Source of the DNA: the human T2T-CHM13v2.0 reference genome, Homo sapiens
NCBI RefSeq assembly: GCF_009914755.1
Contig: NC_060934.1
Reading direction: 5' to 3' (one strand)
Length of the DNA stretch: 64,000 nt
Below are positions 1 to 14,600 of this stretch, piece after piece; the stretch's first letter is position 1; each line of letters opens with the position of its first letter. The position numbers and the translations under genes are program-made. The notes below the pieces were generated by a model, which did no database searches, was not told the DNA's origin, and saw only the letters and a program-made list of their open reading frames with translations.

Positions 1-19
1 TTAATAAAGCTGAAAAATA

Positions 20-220
20 AATAATAAGAAGCACTTATAACGCCACAGTCCAGAGATAATCACAGTCGAATTTTCTGGTATTTTTTCAATAGTTTTATAT
101 GCATATTTTATGACTTTAAGTATAAATCTACCACAATTTAATCTTCCCATATTTTTTGATATATATTTTGTTTGACTATTATAAATAGTACTGTAATGAA
201 TATGCTTTGCATAAAACTTT
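20..220 (-). mobile_element. Old L1 (L1ME-like) 3' end remnant
   Basis: Minus strand tactatttataatag...actgtgattatctctgg resembles ancient L1 3' UTR; heavily decayed. Confidence 0.4.
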
Positions 221-309
221 AAAAAATAAATAAAACAGTAAAAAAGAAATATAAATGAAAGGAGAGTCAATAAAAACCTGGATCCAATGCACAAATGCAT
301 GGTGGCATC

Positions 310-2180
310 TATTAATTCATTTAATATTTATTAAATAGTTTGTGCCAGGTATTGTACTTGACACAGGGAGTACAATGGTGAACAAAACTAGAAACAGTCT
401 CTGACCTTTTGGGGCTCACATATTCAAGAAGGAAAACACTTAAATAGTAACACAAACATATGTTTGAAAGTATGAAAAAACATTACTGGAAGCTGTCAAG
501 GAATTTTCAATGAGTGCAGAATATTTGAAAAGCTTGAGATATAAAAGATGAACAGAAGTTGTAAGGTGGGAGAAGAGATATCTGAGACAAAGGGTAGAGA
601 ATAAGCAGAGGTCCTAAAGTAGGAGCATTTTTGGAGTCTTGTGGAAGTAAATGATTTTTTTCGCTGTAACCCAGAGAACAAGAGTGGCACAAGAAAAATA
701 TGGAAGTATAGTAGGATATTGGACCCTGAAATTGTTTGCAAACTATGTTAAATGTATGTTATTTATCGTTAAAAAATAGTGAGATATCTACTTATATTAA
801 GCAGAGGGTGCAAGGGGTGCATAAAGAGGTGAGACTGAAGTCTGTGCATGAGAAGTTCAAATTTGCATTTTAGTATACCCTGCACTACAGACACTGAAAT
901 ACAGATAAGCAAAAATGGATGTAGGTGCACCAGTTGAGGGCTGTTATTGTGATTAAGGTGAAGGATAATGGAAGCTTTAACTATGATGATAGTAAAAAAT
1001 GAGAGAAGTGAACAGAAGAGAAAGATATCTAGGAAGTAGAATCAATAAAATCTGGAGATGAGTTTAAAAGCAGGGTAGCACTGAATGGAGGCAGATACGA
1101 GACTTAATTGAAAACATAAAACAGGAAGAGAGGAAATGAGGGTAGTATCTTTTCTTCTATGAAGTTTGACTATAAAATAAAAGGAGAAAGACAATGAGAT
1201 AGCTTACATCTAAAGGAAATTTTGTTTAAGTGAGGGAGACTTGTGCATGTTTAAAATATTTTGAGAAGGATCCACTTTAAGTAGTAAAACACACATGACA
1301 TATAAAAATATAATGAATAAAGTAAGATTTTTGAGACCAAAAATCAGGACCAGAGTAAGCTGGAAACATGGGCTTTGGATAGGAGGAACAACAATTCCTC
1401 TATTGGAACTGGAAGAATGCAGAATATATTATAAGTGCTAGATTTTATTGAGAATATTGCTGTTTGCTGTTGTTTTTAATCTGTAAATTAAGAGACAAGG
1501 CCATCTGTCAAACATGAAAGGGGAACGCACGAACAGGAAGTTTGAAGACTGTGGAGAAGGTTTGAAATTGTAATTGCAAGGAGTCAACATGATCAGAATA
1601 GACAAAATATCTATAGGATTTGTAGATAAGATGAGGTTCAAATGAGATTGGCAAGCATTAATTTATAGCAATGTCAATCTGCCTGTTGTGCTTTGTCTCT
1701 TGAAGCTCTTGGCCACCTGGCTCTAGACATGGAAAAGTGGATAGTTGGAATCATCCAAGATGGAAGCATTTGAATGAAGCATTCTAAAGCAGTTATAAAC
1801 ATGGATTTTGGTGGAAACCTGAGGCATTCATTGTATTACTCAAGGAGAATGGGTAGACTAATAAAGAAAAAGGAAGAATATATTAGAGTTGGACAAGCCA
1901 GCAAAAGAGACAGATAAGTAGGTAGAAGTAGGAAGAAAGCCAAGAGAGCCTATTATCATGCAGAATGAAGGAGAGAAAGCAAGAAAGGTCACTAGTCAGC
2001 CGTGTCGATGTGAAAGGGAGGTGGAAACCAGCACTGAACATTTAGTAATTAAAATGTCATTAATTCTCTTGAAAAGAATAGACTGCATGAGGTAAAAAAA
2101 TATGTATATCTGAAGGACTAAAGTCTGAGCAAGACAATTTCAAGAAACTTGTACTGGAAGAAAAAAGTGAGAGAAGCTTG
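310..2180 (-). mobile_element. L2 LINE fragments
   Basis: Begins with the reverse complement of the L2 3' end (tcatttaatatttattaaata...gtgccaggtattgt...gtgaacaaaac), followed by purine-rich L2 body pieces; right boundary approximate. Confidence 0.65.
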
Positions 2181-4407
2181 CCATCAACTTAACTTTTACC
2201 AGCTTAAAATGGATTGTTTGTTATTCTTCCATCTGAAAATTTAAGGATCCAGATAAAATGGAAGGAGAAAAAACGGTCATCATCAAACTGCTAATAATGA
2301 TAAATTCTGGAGAGGAAATGGCGTTGGAAATATGCAACATCCCCCATTGTTTATTGTCCATGGTTCTCTGTTCCTTGAAAACTGTCATTGAAAAAAGTAG
2401 CATTTTTTGTAATTATAAAGTCAATTAAAAATTCTAGAATGCTTCTAATAATTTGACACTTTATTTCTAGTATTATCTCTATCATATTTTTATAATGTAT
2501 ATCTATGTCTTACAACATATATCAATGCATATCTAGTATTATTATATCTTTCTTATTTTTACAATGATTCATAAAGAATACAGCTATAGTAGGCATTCCT
2601 TCAAATTGCTCAAGACTGTTTTGATTTCTAACTTAAATTTAAGTTTTCAAAAGTTCTTCAGCATATTGAGATGTTTTTGTCTTCTTTTTAGCACAGCTAA
2701 AATATTGCAAAATCCCTTTCTAAGCTAATTTTCCATTAATTTTCCATGTGGATATGAGTCTTTTATGTTTTGTTTTATTTTACATCAACAATTTTCACGC
2801 CAGTGAATTAAATACAGCTTTTTATTTCACTGCTGAATGTTCTTCAGTTGTCTGTAAAACTGAATACATTAAATAATTTATTATAATTTAATTAACAACA
2901 TATGCTTACCTAGTGACATCACATATAAAGGTCGGCTCCACCGTGAAAATGCTCCAACTTAAGACATGCTCAGAAGTCATTTTAAATTTTGGTTGTTTTT
3001 ATTGTTGTTTGACTATTCAATTCTGGGTGATAAATAAAACGCTTTCCCATGCTGTCCTTACACTGATTATACTCAAGATTGCTTTCTACCTAACTCAAAC
3101 AAAACCCCCCAAAACTTACAAATATATATTGGTTGCTGAAAATGCTCATACACTCAATTTGAAAATATTCCAAATCTTTTATGGGTTAGACTTTTGTTTC
3201 TTGCTCAATTTCACACTGACGTGTGTAAAAGTATTATAAGCATTTGCTATTTAGTTCATTATGGGCAAAACAGCAGATTGTTTTGTATTTTGAAAGCATC
3301 CTCCCTGGGCTTTTAACTAATCTCTCAATCACATGAGAAAAGCTAAAGAAAGAATAAGATGCTAGCCTATATACACATCATAGAAGCTTGAAATTGGCCA
3401 AGTACCTTGGCAGAAAGAAGGGTGCTTTTATTCTAGTGAACAGAACAAAGTAGAATGAATTTAGATTTTTTTTTTTAGGAGAGAAAAGTGTGATTTACAC
3501 AGGAAGAGCCATTTCGTCCAGGTTTGTTGAGATTTGGGCAGTGTGTTCTACAGCAAAGACATCTCCCCTGTAGACTCTGGAACATTCTGTATTATCCTAT
3601 AACAGATGATCAGCCATATGGTGAAGGGGGAGGAAAATCAGGGATATAAGAATCTGCTGTACTAGTAGATGCATGAATGAGAAAACAAAGGTTAAAGCCA
3701 AATTTGGGGACTGTGGCTGGTTTTCTCATTTTATTTTAGAGATTTTTTATTGAGTAGCACTTCTTGGCATATGCCAATATATTTTTAAAGTTATATTTAT
3801 GTATTAAGTTTTCTTATAAAAATATTTTTAAAGTTCTCTACAATAACAAAATTGAGATAAAGTCTCACAATTTGTTATAATTTGGATACCTCTGAATTAT
3901 TAAAATTAACTATAAAAACTCAAAAAGTCTAGCGTTTCAGAGATGTTATAAAACATTTTGAAATACTTACATGAAATAATCTAATTATTCCAGTATGCAA
4001 GTTCCTGCTGGTAGTAGGTTAGTAAGTTGTTTTAGAAATCTACAGTAATTCTTTCAAAACACAAAAATATAGTGTGGTAGTAACTCATGTAATTTTACCT
4101 CAGCTGTTTAAAGTCAAACCAACTTCAACACTATCTCAATATGTTATGCAATCATTCATATAGCCTAAGAGATAAAAAAAAGTTTTATAAAATGACATTG
4201 GTAGAAAAGAGATCTGACACTTGCCTCCCACTTTGCAAACTTTCTCCATGTTTTTGGTATTTATTTATTTAATTAACATACAAATTGTAGATATTTATGG
4301 AGTACAGTGAGCTGCTTTGATACACATATATAGTGTAATAATAAAATGAGAGTATTAGCCTATCCAACACTTTATACATTTATCATTTCTTTGTGGTGAG
4401 AACATTT

Positions 4408-5311
4408 TATATGCTTAGGCTTTGTGTCCCCAGTCAAATCTCATCTTGAATTCTAATCCCCATAATCCCCACATGTCTAGGGAGAGACCTGATGGGAGGT
4501 AACTGGATCATGGGGGCAGTTCTCCCATGCTGTTCTTGTGATAGTGAGTGAGTTATCATGAGATCTGATGGTTTTATAAGAGGTTCTTCCTGCCTTGCTC
4601 CTCATGCTTCTCTCTCCTGCCGACATGTGAAGAAGGTCCTTGCTGCCCCTTTGCCTTCTGCCATGATTATAGTTTTCTGAGACCTTTCAACCATGTGAAA
4701 CTGTGAGTCAATTAAACCTCTTTCCTTTATAAATTATCCAGTCTCAGGTATTTCTTTCCTTTTTTATTATTATACTTTAAGTTTTAGGATACATGTGCAC
4801 AATGTGCAGGTTTGTTACACATGTATACATGTGCCAAGTTGGTGTGCTGCACCCATTAACTCGTCATTTACATTAGGCATATCTCCTAATGCTATCCCTC
4901 CTGCCTCCCCCCACTCCACAACAGGCCCTGGTGTGTGATGTTCCCCTTCCTGTGTCCAAGTGTTCTCATTGTTCAATTCCCATCTATGAGTGAGAACATG
5001 CGGTGTTTGGTTTTTTGTCCTTGTGATAGTTTGCTGAGAATGATGGTTTCCAGCTTCATCCATGTCCCTACAAAGGACATGAACTCATCATTTTTTATGG
5101 CTGTATAGTATTCCATGGTGTATATGTGCCACATTTTCTTAATCCAGTCTATCATTGTTGGACATTTGGGTTGGTTCCAAGTCTTTGCTATTGTGAATAG
5201 TGCCACAATAAACATACGTGTACATGTGTCTTTATAGCAGCATGATTTATAATCCTTTGGGTATATACCCAGTAAAGGGATGTTATAGCAGTGTGAGAAT
5301 GGACTAATACA
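4408..5311 (+). mobile_element. THE1D-like MaLR solo LTR, split by L1PA
   Basis: atatgcttaggctttgtgtcccc...aaatctcatcttgaatt...aattaaacctctttcctttataaatt...ggtatttctt [L1PA] ttatagcagtgtgagaatggactaataca. Confidence 0.9.
4757..5282 (-). mobile_element. L1PA (about PA4/5) 3' end, 5'-truncated
   Basis: ttattattatactttaagttttagg...tacatgtgcacaatgtgcagg; ORF 4973-5215 is the L1 ORF2 C-terminus (MFIVALFTIAKTWNQPKCP...). Confidence 0.95.
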
Positions 5312-6589
5312 ACTTTCAAAATCCTCTCTTCTAGCTATTTTGAAATGTGCAATACAATATAGTTAATCATAGTCACCCGTCTGTGCAATAGAACAGAAGT
5401 TATTCTGTCTATCTAACTGTAACTTTGTAGCCATTGACGAACGTCTCTTTATTGATTCCTTCCCCTCTACACTCCCTAGCCTCTGGCAAACACTATGTCT
5501 ATGAGATCAACTTCTTTAGATTTCACATATGAGTGAGATCATGCAGTATTTGTCTTTCTGTGACTGGCTTGTTTCACTTTATCTTCCAGATTCATTCATG
5601 ATTTTGCAAATGACAATATTTCATTTTTTGAATGGCTGAATAGTATCCCACTGTGTATGTATAACACATTTTCTTTACCCATTCATCCACTGATGGACAG
5701 TTAGGTTGATTCTAAATCTTGGCTATTGTGAATGGTGTTGCAATAAACATGGGAGTGCAGATATCTTTAACACTGATTTCTTTTCCTTTGGATGTATACC
5801 CAATAGTGGAAATGATGGATGATCCCATAGCTGTATTTCTAATTTTTTGAGAGACTTACATTCTGTTTTTCATAATGGCTGTACTAATTTAGATTCTGAG
5901 TAACAGTATGTAAGTGTTCTCCTTTCTCTGCATCCATACCAGCAGTTGTCATTTTTTGTCTTTTAGATAATAACCATTCTGAGGTGAAGTGGTATCTAAT
6001 TGTAGTTTTGACTGAATTTCCCTGATGATTAGTGATGCCGAACATTTTTTCATATACTTGTTAGTGATTTGTATATGATTGTATATGGTGTTTCTTTTGG
6101 GAAAACTCTTTCCAGATCCTTTGCTCAATTTTTAATTAGATTGTTTTGTTTTGCTTTGTTTTTTGCTATTGAGTTCAGTTGAGTTCCTTATATTTTCTGG
6201 ATATTAACCCCTTGTCACAAGTGCAGTTTGCAGACATTTACTCTCATTCTGTAGGTTGTCTCCTTATTCTCTTGACTATTTCCACTGCTGTAGAAGAGAC
6301 TTGGATACCCATGTCTTCTAGTTTCATGTAACTTAAGTTGTTGATTTGTTTTTGTTGTCTGTGCTTTTGAATTCTTGACCAAACCAAAGTCATAAGGCAT
6401 TTGGAAAAGTACAGTCTCTTCAATAAACAGCACTGGGAAAACTGGATATCCACATACAGAAGAACAAAACTAAGCTCTTATCTTTTACCATATACAAAAT
6501 CAGCTCAAAATGGATTAAAGACTTAAATTTAGGACCCCAAAAATATAAAACTACTAGTAGAAAACATAGGGGAAATGCTTTATGATATT

Positions 6590-7625
6590 GGGGTCATTTA
6601 TTTTTTCTCTTGTACATTTGTTTAAGTTTCGTATAGACTCTGGATATTAGACCTTTCTCAGATGGATAGGTTGCAAAAATTTTTTCCCATTCTGTAGGTT
6701 GTCTGTTGCTCTGATAATAATTTATTTTGCTGTGCAGAAGATACTTAGTTTAATTATATCTCATCAATGAACCCATTAAAAAGTGAGCAAAGGACATGAA
6801 CAGATACTTCTCAAAAAAAGATGTTCATGTGGCCAAAAAACATATGAAGAAAAGCTCAATATCACTGATCATTAGAAAAATGCAAATCTAAACTACAATG
6901 AGATATCGTCTCACGCCAGTCAGAATGGCAATCATTAAAAAGTCAAGAAACAAAAGATGCTGGCGAGGCTATGGAAAGATAGTAATGCTTTTACACAGTT
7001 GATGGAAATGTAAATTAGTTGAAACATTGTGGAAGACATTGTGACGATTCCTCAGAGACCTAGGACAAAAAACACTATTTGACCCAGCAATCCCATTACT
7101 GGGTATATACTCAAAGAAATATAAATCATCCTATTATAAAGACACATGCATGCATATGTTCATTGCAGCACTATTCACAACAGAAAAGACATGGAATCAA
7201 CGCAAATGCCATCAATGATAGACTGGATAAAGAAAATGTGGTACATATACATCATGGAATACTATGCAGCAATACAAAGGAATGAGCTAACATCCTTTGC
7301 TGGGACATGGATGGAGCTGGAAGCCATCATCCTTAGTAAACCAAGGCAGGAACAGAAAACCGAACACCACTTGTTCTCACTCACAAGTGGAAGCTGAACA
7401 ATGAGAATACATGGACACAGGGAGGGGAATGACACATGAGTCTTATCAGCAGGAACGGGGGATGTGGGGAGGGAGAGCATCAGAAAAAATAGCTAATGAA
7501 TGCTGGGCTTAATATTTAGGTGATGGGTTGACAGGTGTGACAAACCACCATGGCACATGTTTACCTATGTACCAAAACTGCACATCCTGCACATTTACCC
7601 TGAAACTGAAAATAAAATTAAAAAG
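6590..7625 (+). mobile_element. Older L1PA 3' end with 5' inversion (6590-6765 in - orientation)
   Basis: Plus-strand ORF2 end and 3' UTR from aacccattaaaaagtg to aaataaaattaaaaa; the inverted piece is the immediately upstream ORF2 segment. Confidence 0.9.
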
Positions 7626-10109
7626 TGAGAGACAGAACACAATTGACAACAGATTTCAATAGTATATTTTATTACATTTTTGCAACAGCATTCTTCTTGG
7701 CTTTTCCTTCAAAAATGATTTTCCAAATTTTGTACTGAGATAATTAAAAGGCAATTGAGTTTTTTCTAAAATAGTTGATTAAAACTTGTTTCCATTAGTG
7801 TTTATTTTTGTTATGTATTTATCTTATTTGTTAAATAATGAAAACTATTTACTTTTTATTTTTAATATGTATTATTTTATAACATACTGCAGAAAAATAT
7901 ATTTCATCTTCATTTTATAATTCACAATGTTATATAAAACCTCTCTACCAAGTTCTGTCATAAATGAGCTGAAAAATATCAGAACATTTGAAGCTGTCTT
8001 CTGCTATGTCTAATCTTAAGCATCCTTAGAATTGATTATTCTCTAACTAGTTTGATATTAATGACTCCTTAGAGTGGCAGATTTTTCTTTGTGTTATTTC
8101 ATTGATATTTGTGTTTGGTGTCAAATTAGCAAGAAATCTAGATATTTTTCTCATGTCCTCCTAAGTCACATTCCTTGTCACTGACTATCAAACATTCAAA
8201 ATGTATCCATTATTTATGTTAATATTTAACTCTTTCTCCAAATAAATTCCTGCTTTGATATAGTCTGATATTTTATTACAATTGGCTTGCAGATAACTTT
8301 TTGTTGATTTTATCATTCATCTTTATAAATTATATTTCATAATCTATGACATTAATGTCAGTACTCTGTTATTTAACCAATAAAAGTAAAGATGATGAAA
8401 GATAATATATTTGATATACATCAATTTTTATTTCTACAAATTTTCCTTTGTGTTATTTGAATTTAGAACATTTCAACTAAAATGGCATTTCTGGGCCTTA
8501 TCAATAGTTTGACTAAATTTTTGAAATCTTGTTTGTATTTGGGTTTATCTTTTGAATCTTTTATATAATATTTCAGAGCTTTTAAAATGTTGATGTATCT
8601 ATCATGCAAAAATTGGACAGAAGGGGTTGTTTTTGACAGAATCTGGCTTAGAGGAAGTAAATTTGGGAATGCATTAAGTTTAGGTTTAGTGAGTTCTACT
8701 TATGTGGTTGACAGTAATTTCAATGAATGATGTAGAAATGGCTTCCAGGAATATTTCTACGACCCACTCTGAAAATTCACTCAAACTCATGGCAGGAGAG
8801 TACAGAAACACATATCGTATTGTAATATGAATGCATTCTACAACCCCATCAACTCCAGCAAACACAAAGGAATGTGTTGATGGAGGGGAAGGTATAGTTT
8901 ATAGTCATCTTTATAGGTCTGCAGAAGCATTTCTTGCCTGGATCTTAGGGCAATACAAACTATAACTTCACACATCAGGAGGCCCTTCATATCACAAATA
9001 CTCACATAAAATATTTGTTAGATAAATTATGGGCAATTCTCAACCAGGATCTACATTCACAGCTGATATAGTGCAACTCCTAACTTTAAACATCCACTCT
9101 CATAAGTAACATCAACAGGCCCCAGGGAAATACTTCTCATATCTTGCCTTAACTTCTCGAAACAAAAGGTAGTTAATTTTGAATGCCTTCAAGACTTGTG
9201 TGAGTCAGACACTGCTTCTAAGTTCATAAAGTGTTTGAATAGATAAAGCATTTAGGTAAAAGAAGAAACAAATTAACCAAATAGTCAAATCTTCCTTTCA
9301 AGTAGCAATAATGCAATAGATTCTTACATAATGCAGCATTATTTTCCAGCAATGCTCCAGCATGCACTTTTATTCTTTGTTCTATGTTCCAATTTGTTGT
9401 TTCTAGGTATTCAAAAAGTTGTGCAGTATGCCCAAGATGCAGGCTAAGAATGATCTTACAGTATTAAATAATGGACCTGAATCTTAAATTTATGTACATG
9501 TGAGTGTCTATTGGTAGTATGTGTGAAGTATATCTTTACACTGACAATGAGATGGACACTAAACATTTGAATTGCAAACAGATTTTACACTTGAAAATAT
9601 TTAATCAGATTTAATAAAATCTTCAAGAATATTAAGCATGTTCAGCTTTATTAAGATAATTTTTATTGAAAATTTTGAAATACATAATTGGTATTTTTAA
9701 TTGAATAAATAATTGAAATATTTTAAGGACTATATTATTTTAAACATGTGTAAACTAATTTCATATGTAAACAAATTTCACTGTATGAAATTTAAATTTT
9801 TGATGAAAAAATATAGCTAATTTTTTAAAATTTGGAAAATAATCATGCTTTTAATCCTTTAGATCATTATTAGTAATAAAGCTTAACGCTATTACAATTT
9901 TATTTCAACAATGTAACTAGTAATTTTGCAAATATAATGTAATTAAAATAAATTTCATGAAATATATAATTATTTAGAAATATCTATGTCATTTTATTCC
10001 TCACCCAACATCCACTGGCCCATCTACTGTACTCCCAGACATGCAGAATAATGATAATATTTAGTAATTGGTATTCTGCAGATTTTTAGTTATATATAAT
10101 TCATAGCTG

Positions 10110-10800
10110 TACACCTGTGATTTCTTGCTAAACAGAATTTTTCAATTTTAAGGTAGATGAATTTACCATTTTCCCCCTTATAGATAATAATTCTTATGTC
10201 TGGTTAAGAAATTTTTTTCCTAACCCAAGGTCATAAAGATATTCACCTTTTTTATTTCCTAATATTATATAGATTTTGTTTCTTTATTTAGATCTTTATG
10301 TAGAATTCGTTTTTGTACAGTTTTTGAGATTTGCATCTAGTTACATTTTTTAATATTTCTAGAATCATTTATTGTAAAGCCTACCCTTTCCCAACATCTC
10401 ATAAGAACCACCTCTATTATCTATCAAGTCTCTACATATACTTGTATCTATATATTGGCTCTTAATTCTCTTTCATTATCTATATTCATATTGAAGTCTA
10501 TATCCTCAATTTGTATGCCAGTACCACACTTCCTTAAATACTAAATCTCATGCTGGCTGGTAGGGCAAATATGTTCAAATTATTGTTCTACCTCAAGAGA
10601 TTTTTGGCTTTTATTGACTCTTTGTACTTTCATATAAAATCTTAGAATAAGCCAATCACTTTTCACACACAAATCAAAAACATATTGTGATATTAATTTA
10701 AAATTCTTTAAATCAATACACAAATTTTTGGAAATGTGACATCTTTACAATATTAAATATTATAATCATATAACATGGTCTATTAGCCCATTTATTTTTT
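10110..10800 (-). mobile_element. Old L1 (L1ME/MC-like) ORF2 fragment
   Basis: cctaacccaaggtcataaagatattc, atgccagtaccacac, ttccatataaa-like and tgacatctttacaatatt motifs. Confidence 0.7.
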
Positions 10801-11185
10801 AAATGTCTCTACCAGCACCCCTTAGTCACAAATAATTATATTTTCTTTCAAAAGTGTATTAAAATTGTGAATCATAAGTACTTTGAAATTAAATAAAATT
10901 CAACACATATGTTGATCTCATACTATATTGTAAGTGTTGTGGTAAGACAAGAGTACGGAACCAAGGAAAGGCATGCTTATTATGACAGTGTTTTTTAGGT
11001 GTGTTTTTAACTGCATCATTTTTGAGTATTGTTTATTCTTTTTCGAAATACTTTAGCTGAATTTGTTATCTGGTTTGTGTTTTATGTGCCCTACAAGATA
11101 CTTATATCAATCGAACATCTTTCTGCACATTCTCATCAAGAGATCAACAGAAAGACTTCACCACAAGATAATTAAAAATACCAAA

Positions 11186-11190
<5 letters not shown>

Positions 11191-11219
<29 letters not shown>
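11191..11219 (+). repeat. (CA)n microsatellite
   Basis: About 14 uninterrupted CA units. Confidence 0.95.
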
Positions 11220-11221
<2 letters not shown>

Positions 11222-11839
11222 CAGAACTTTCAACTCAGCCCAGATTATGCAAATTATTAAGTAAAGCTAATGAACTGAAATCTAATATCAATCTGGAAAT
11301 GACAGGCTAAAACTGAAGCTGATTTAGAAAACAATCCCAAATGGAAAATAGATCTGTTTCAAGACAGTTTTCATTTCCAAAGCTATTTACTCCTTGTTTG
11401 AGTAAATAAACTAGAGAAATTCAATTTCTTCTCTATTTCTATAGCTCATTTAGCTATATATCTCACAGTTGTAGTCATTTTCAAACTATAATTCTGGAGG
11501 TGGCAAGATAGAACAGTATGTTCCTAACTATGACTTACTTATTTAAATTTAAGATTTATACTTTTCTTGGAAATTATGAAAAGAAGTAAAATTATTTATT
11601 TGCTAACTTGATGTTCCCAGCTCCTCTAATCAATCATGTATTTCTGTGTCAGTGTATTTCTTTCAGTACTTTTCATTTGCTCTTTTAATTATTCATTCAC
11701 TTATTTAACTAGTCATTTATTCTTTCGACAAATAGGCACTGGATATATGTCATTATAAAACAGAAACTTAGCCTCTGTGATCAGAGACTTTACAATGACT
11801 CCAATGATATTACATAATTTTCAGATGTTGGCAAAATAA

Positions 11840-12142
11840 TTTATTTATTTATTTATTTTTTTGAGACAAAGTCTCGCTCTGTCACCCAGTCTGGAGTGCA
11901 GTGGCGCAATCTCGGCTCACTGCAACCTCCGTCTCACAGGTTCAGCTGATTGTCCTGCCTCAGCCTCCTGAGTAGCTGGGACTACAGGTGCGTGCCACCA
12001 TGCCCGGTTAATTTTTTGTATTTTTTAGTAGAGATGGGGTTTCACTGTTAGCCACAATGGTCTCGATCTCCTGACCTCGTGATCCACTCACCTTAGCCTC
12101 CCAAAGTGCTGGGATTACAGGCGTGAGCCACCATGCCTGGCC
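11840..12142 (-). mobile_element. AluS (Sc-like)
   Basis: Full dimeric Alu with (TTTA)n tail. Confidence 0.95.
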
Positions 12143-12639
12143 TAATTTAAATATTTTCTAAGTATACTTAAGTATTATTGCAGAGGCATGTCATAACCTT
12201 TGAATTTCATACTAATTCATGAATGAAAACTGACTTCTAACAAATTCATAGATTAAAAACTATTCTCAAAGCATACACAGTGAGTAAATAAAGGAGAACA
12301 CCAAAATTAGAAGAGAACATAGAAAAAATTCCATGCAGTTCACAAAGTTTATATGTATAAATTGGTAGGCGTAAAGGTATATGTCTGTATATATGAGTAT
12401 ATGTGTGTTTGTGAGAGAGCAATTTTCACTACAAATTCAGGGTTACTGTATTAAAAATTCATAGCACTGAGAGGGTATTTAAAAATAAAATACACTTTAC
12501 AGTTTTTTAATGCAAGTTTCCCATTAATTTGATTTGCTGTAGATTATTTAAAAATCAGATATTATTGACAAAACTAAAAATAAATGAACAAATTCATTAT
12601 TCATCCATTCATTCAACAAATACTTACTAATTATTATAA

Positions 12640-13003
<364 letters not shown>

Positions 13004-13589
13004 TTGTTTCTTGCATTAAAATATCAAACACTAAAAATAATAAGTAATAGTTGTTATATAATCACGACATGGTAGGAACGACATGTGTTGGTCCACGTTG
13101 GTCCATTTTGATTTTATCTTTAAACAGCACAGCAACACAGGTATTTGTATACCCATGTTAGAAAGATATGAGGATGATAGTTTTTACATGCTTGAAAGAA
13201 AAAAAAAGAGAGACATGAGAAAATAAATATCAATAGGGATGTTATTTTTCATCCAAATTAGGTCTAAATTTATGTGTATGTTTTTGTATGTATTGGGGGA
13301 GGAAGATATATTCTAGCTGAAAGTAAGATTTTTGTTAATAGTTTGAAAGAACTTCAAAATGCTAACAATTTTTAACATCTAAGACTGGAACTTAATTTTA
13401 TGTCTAACGCAGACTGTCCCTTTGTGCTGGAAAACCAACACAGTTGAGCATATCATATTGAAAACAAGTATTCATTGTTTTTGGAGAAAAACCAAAAACA
13501 ATGTAACACGAAATTCTGACTGAAAACTTAACTGTTTTGTTTTCTAAATGTAAATTGAGTATGACTATCTTTAACTACCAGTACCTCTA

Positions 13590-13780
13590 ATAACTAAGGC
13601 TTACTGAGTGTAGGGCATTTTACTGAGGCTTTAAATAAAATGCCTCATTTAATCATGACACTATCCCTCCACAGTTTTTACAGACATTGGATAGATGAAG
13701 AAACCAAAGCTTAGGGGAATTTCAGTTTATCATTGGCCGCACTGCTTTTAAGTAGGAGATTTCTGAGCTGATGCGTTAAA
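13590..13780 (-). mobile_element. MIR
   Basis: ctcatttaatc...agatgaagaaaccaaagcttag core. Confidence 0.6.
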
Positions 13781-14369
13781 CCAATATATTATAATAATAA
13801 TATTCTTAAGATAATATTTCCTTTGTACAAAGTATGCACTAACAATTCAGTTTACCTGTATACGATTGCTTTTTTTTAAGTAAATATATATGTGTGTTCT
13901 TGTCTGAACATTTTTCACAGGAAAATGGACATCACAGTAGTCAAAAACTTCAGCAAATGTACAGGCCTAGTTTGTTTTGTTTTGTTTTGTTTTTCAGTCA
14001 ACTGAAGAAGAAATTGTAAATAAATTAGTAGGATTTGGTATAAAAACACAGCTCAGTTGGGATTGTTGATGATATTTAAACACAGACAAAAAAGCTTTTG
14101 CACCACTTTCCTTTGTGCAATGTGGGAATTAAGGAGGAGGGCCTGGTCCAGGGGTTGTTTCATCCTAAACTGATGGAAATCCCAGGAAAGCTAAGCCCAA
14201 TGGAATAGCACTCTCATGATGACCAGCATCCAGTGTGGAGCACAGGAGAGGTTGGAGATAAAGAAGGACGTTTTCCTAAGCCAATGAGACAGCACTGTCA
14301 GAAACAGTCTGCAGTAGCTGGGGGAAGACTTGGAGGCTAACTATATTTTTCAACAGACTTGATGGTTAT

Positions 14370-14600
14370 TCTAATAGTTAAGAGGACAGATTCTGAATTT
14401 GCACAGCTTGAATGCAAAGTCTTCCCTACTTATTATTGTATATCCTTGGGCAAATTAATTAATATTTTGGAGAAGCAGTTTCTTCAACTCAAGATTGTGG
14501 AAAACAAGAATGTTTATTTGTACTCCTGAGAGAATTAAATATCCTGATTTTGATAAAGTAATTAGCATCGCACCCAACACAGATGAAGTGGCCAAGAAAA
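14370..14600 (+). mobile_element. MIR
   Basis: gttaagag...ccttgggcaaattaatt...cagtttcttcaac...agaattaaat core. Confidence 0.65.

Larger units (their letters stand above)
4255..6593 (-). mobile_element. L1MA-type LINE, 5'-truncated with twin-priming inversion (about 6395-6593 in + orientation); interrupted by THE1D
   Basis: T-rich tail at 4255 and L1MA 3' UTR (gtggtgagaacatt...caaaatcctctcttctagctattttg split by the LTR). ORF2 3' part is on minus to about 6380, then the adjacent upstream ORF2 segment is on plus. Confidence 0.85.

Noticed and set aside
2202-2403. Exon-like minus-strand segment and 60-aa ORF
   Set aside because: Stops in all three frames across the putative exon and no similarity to alpha-catenin or any protein I recognise.
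9006-9079. Minus-strand ag...gtgagt bounded 74-nt segment
   Set aside because: No pyrimidine tract, stop in the CTNNA3 frame, not catenin-like.
13031-13040. MEF2-like ctaaaaataa and similar A/T motifs as cardiac enhancer
   Set aside because: Expected frequently by chance at this AT content; no supporting cluster.
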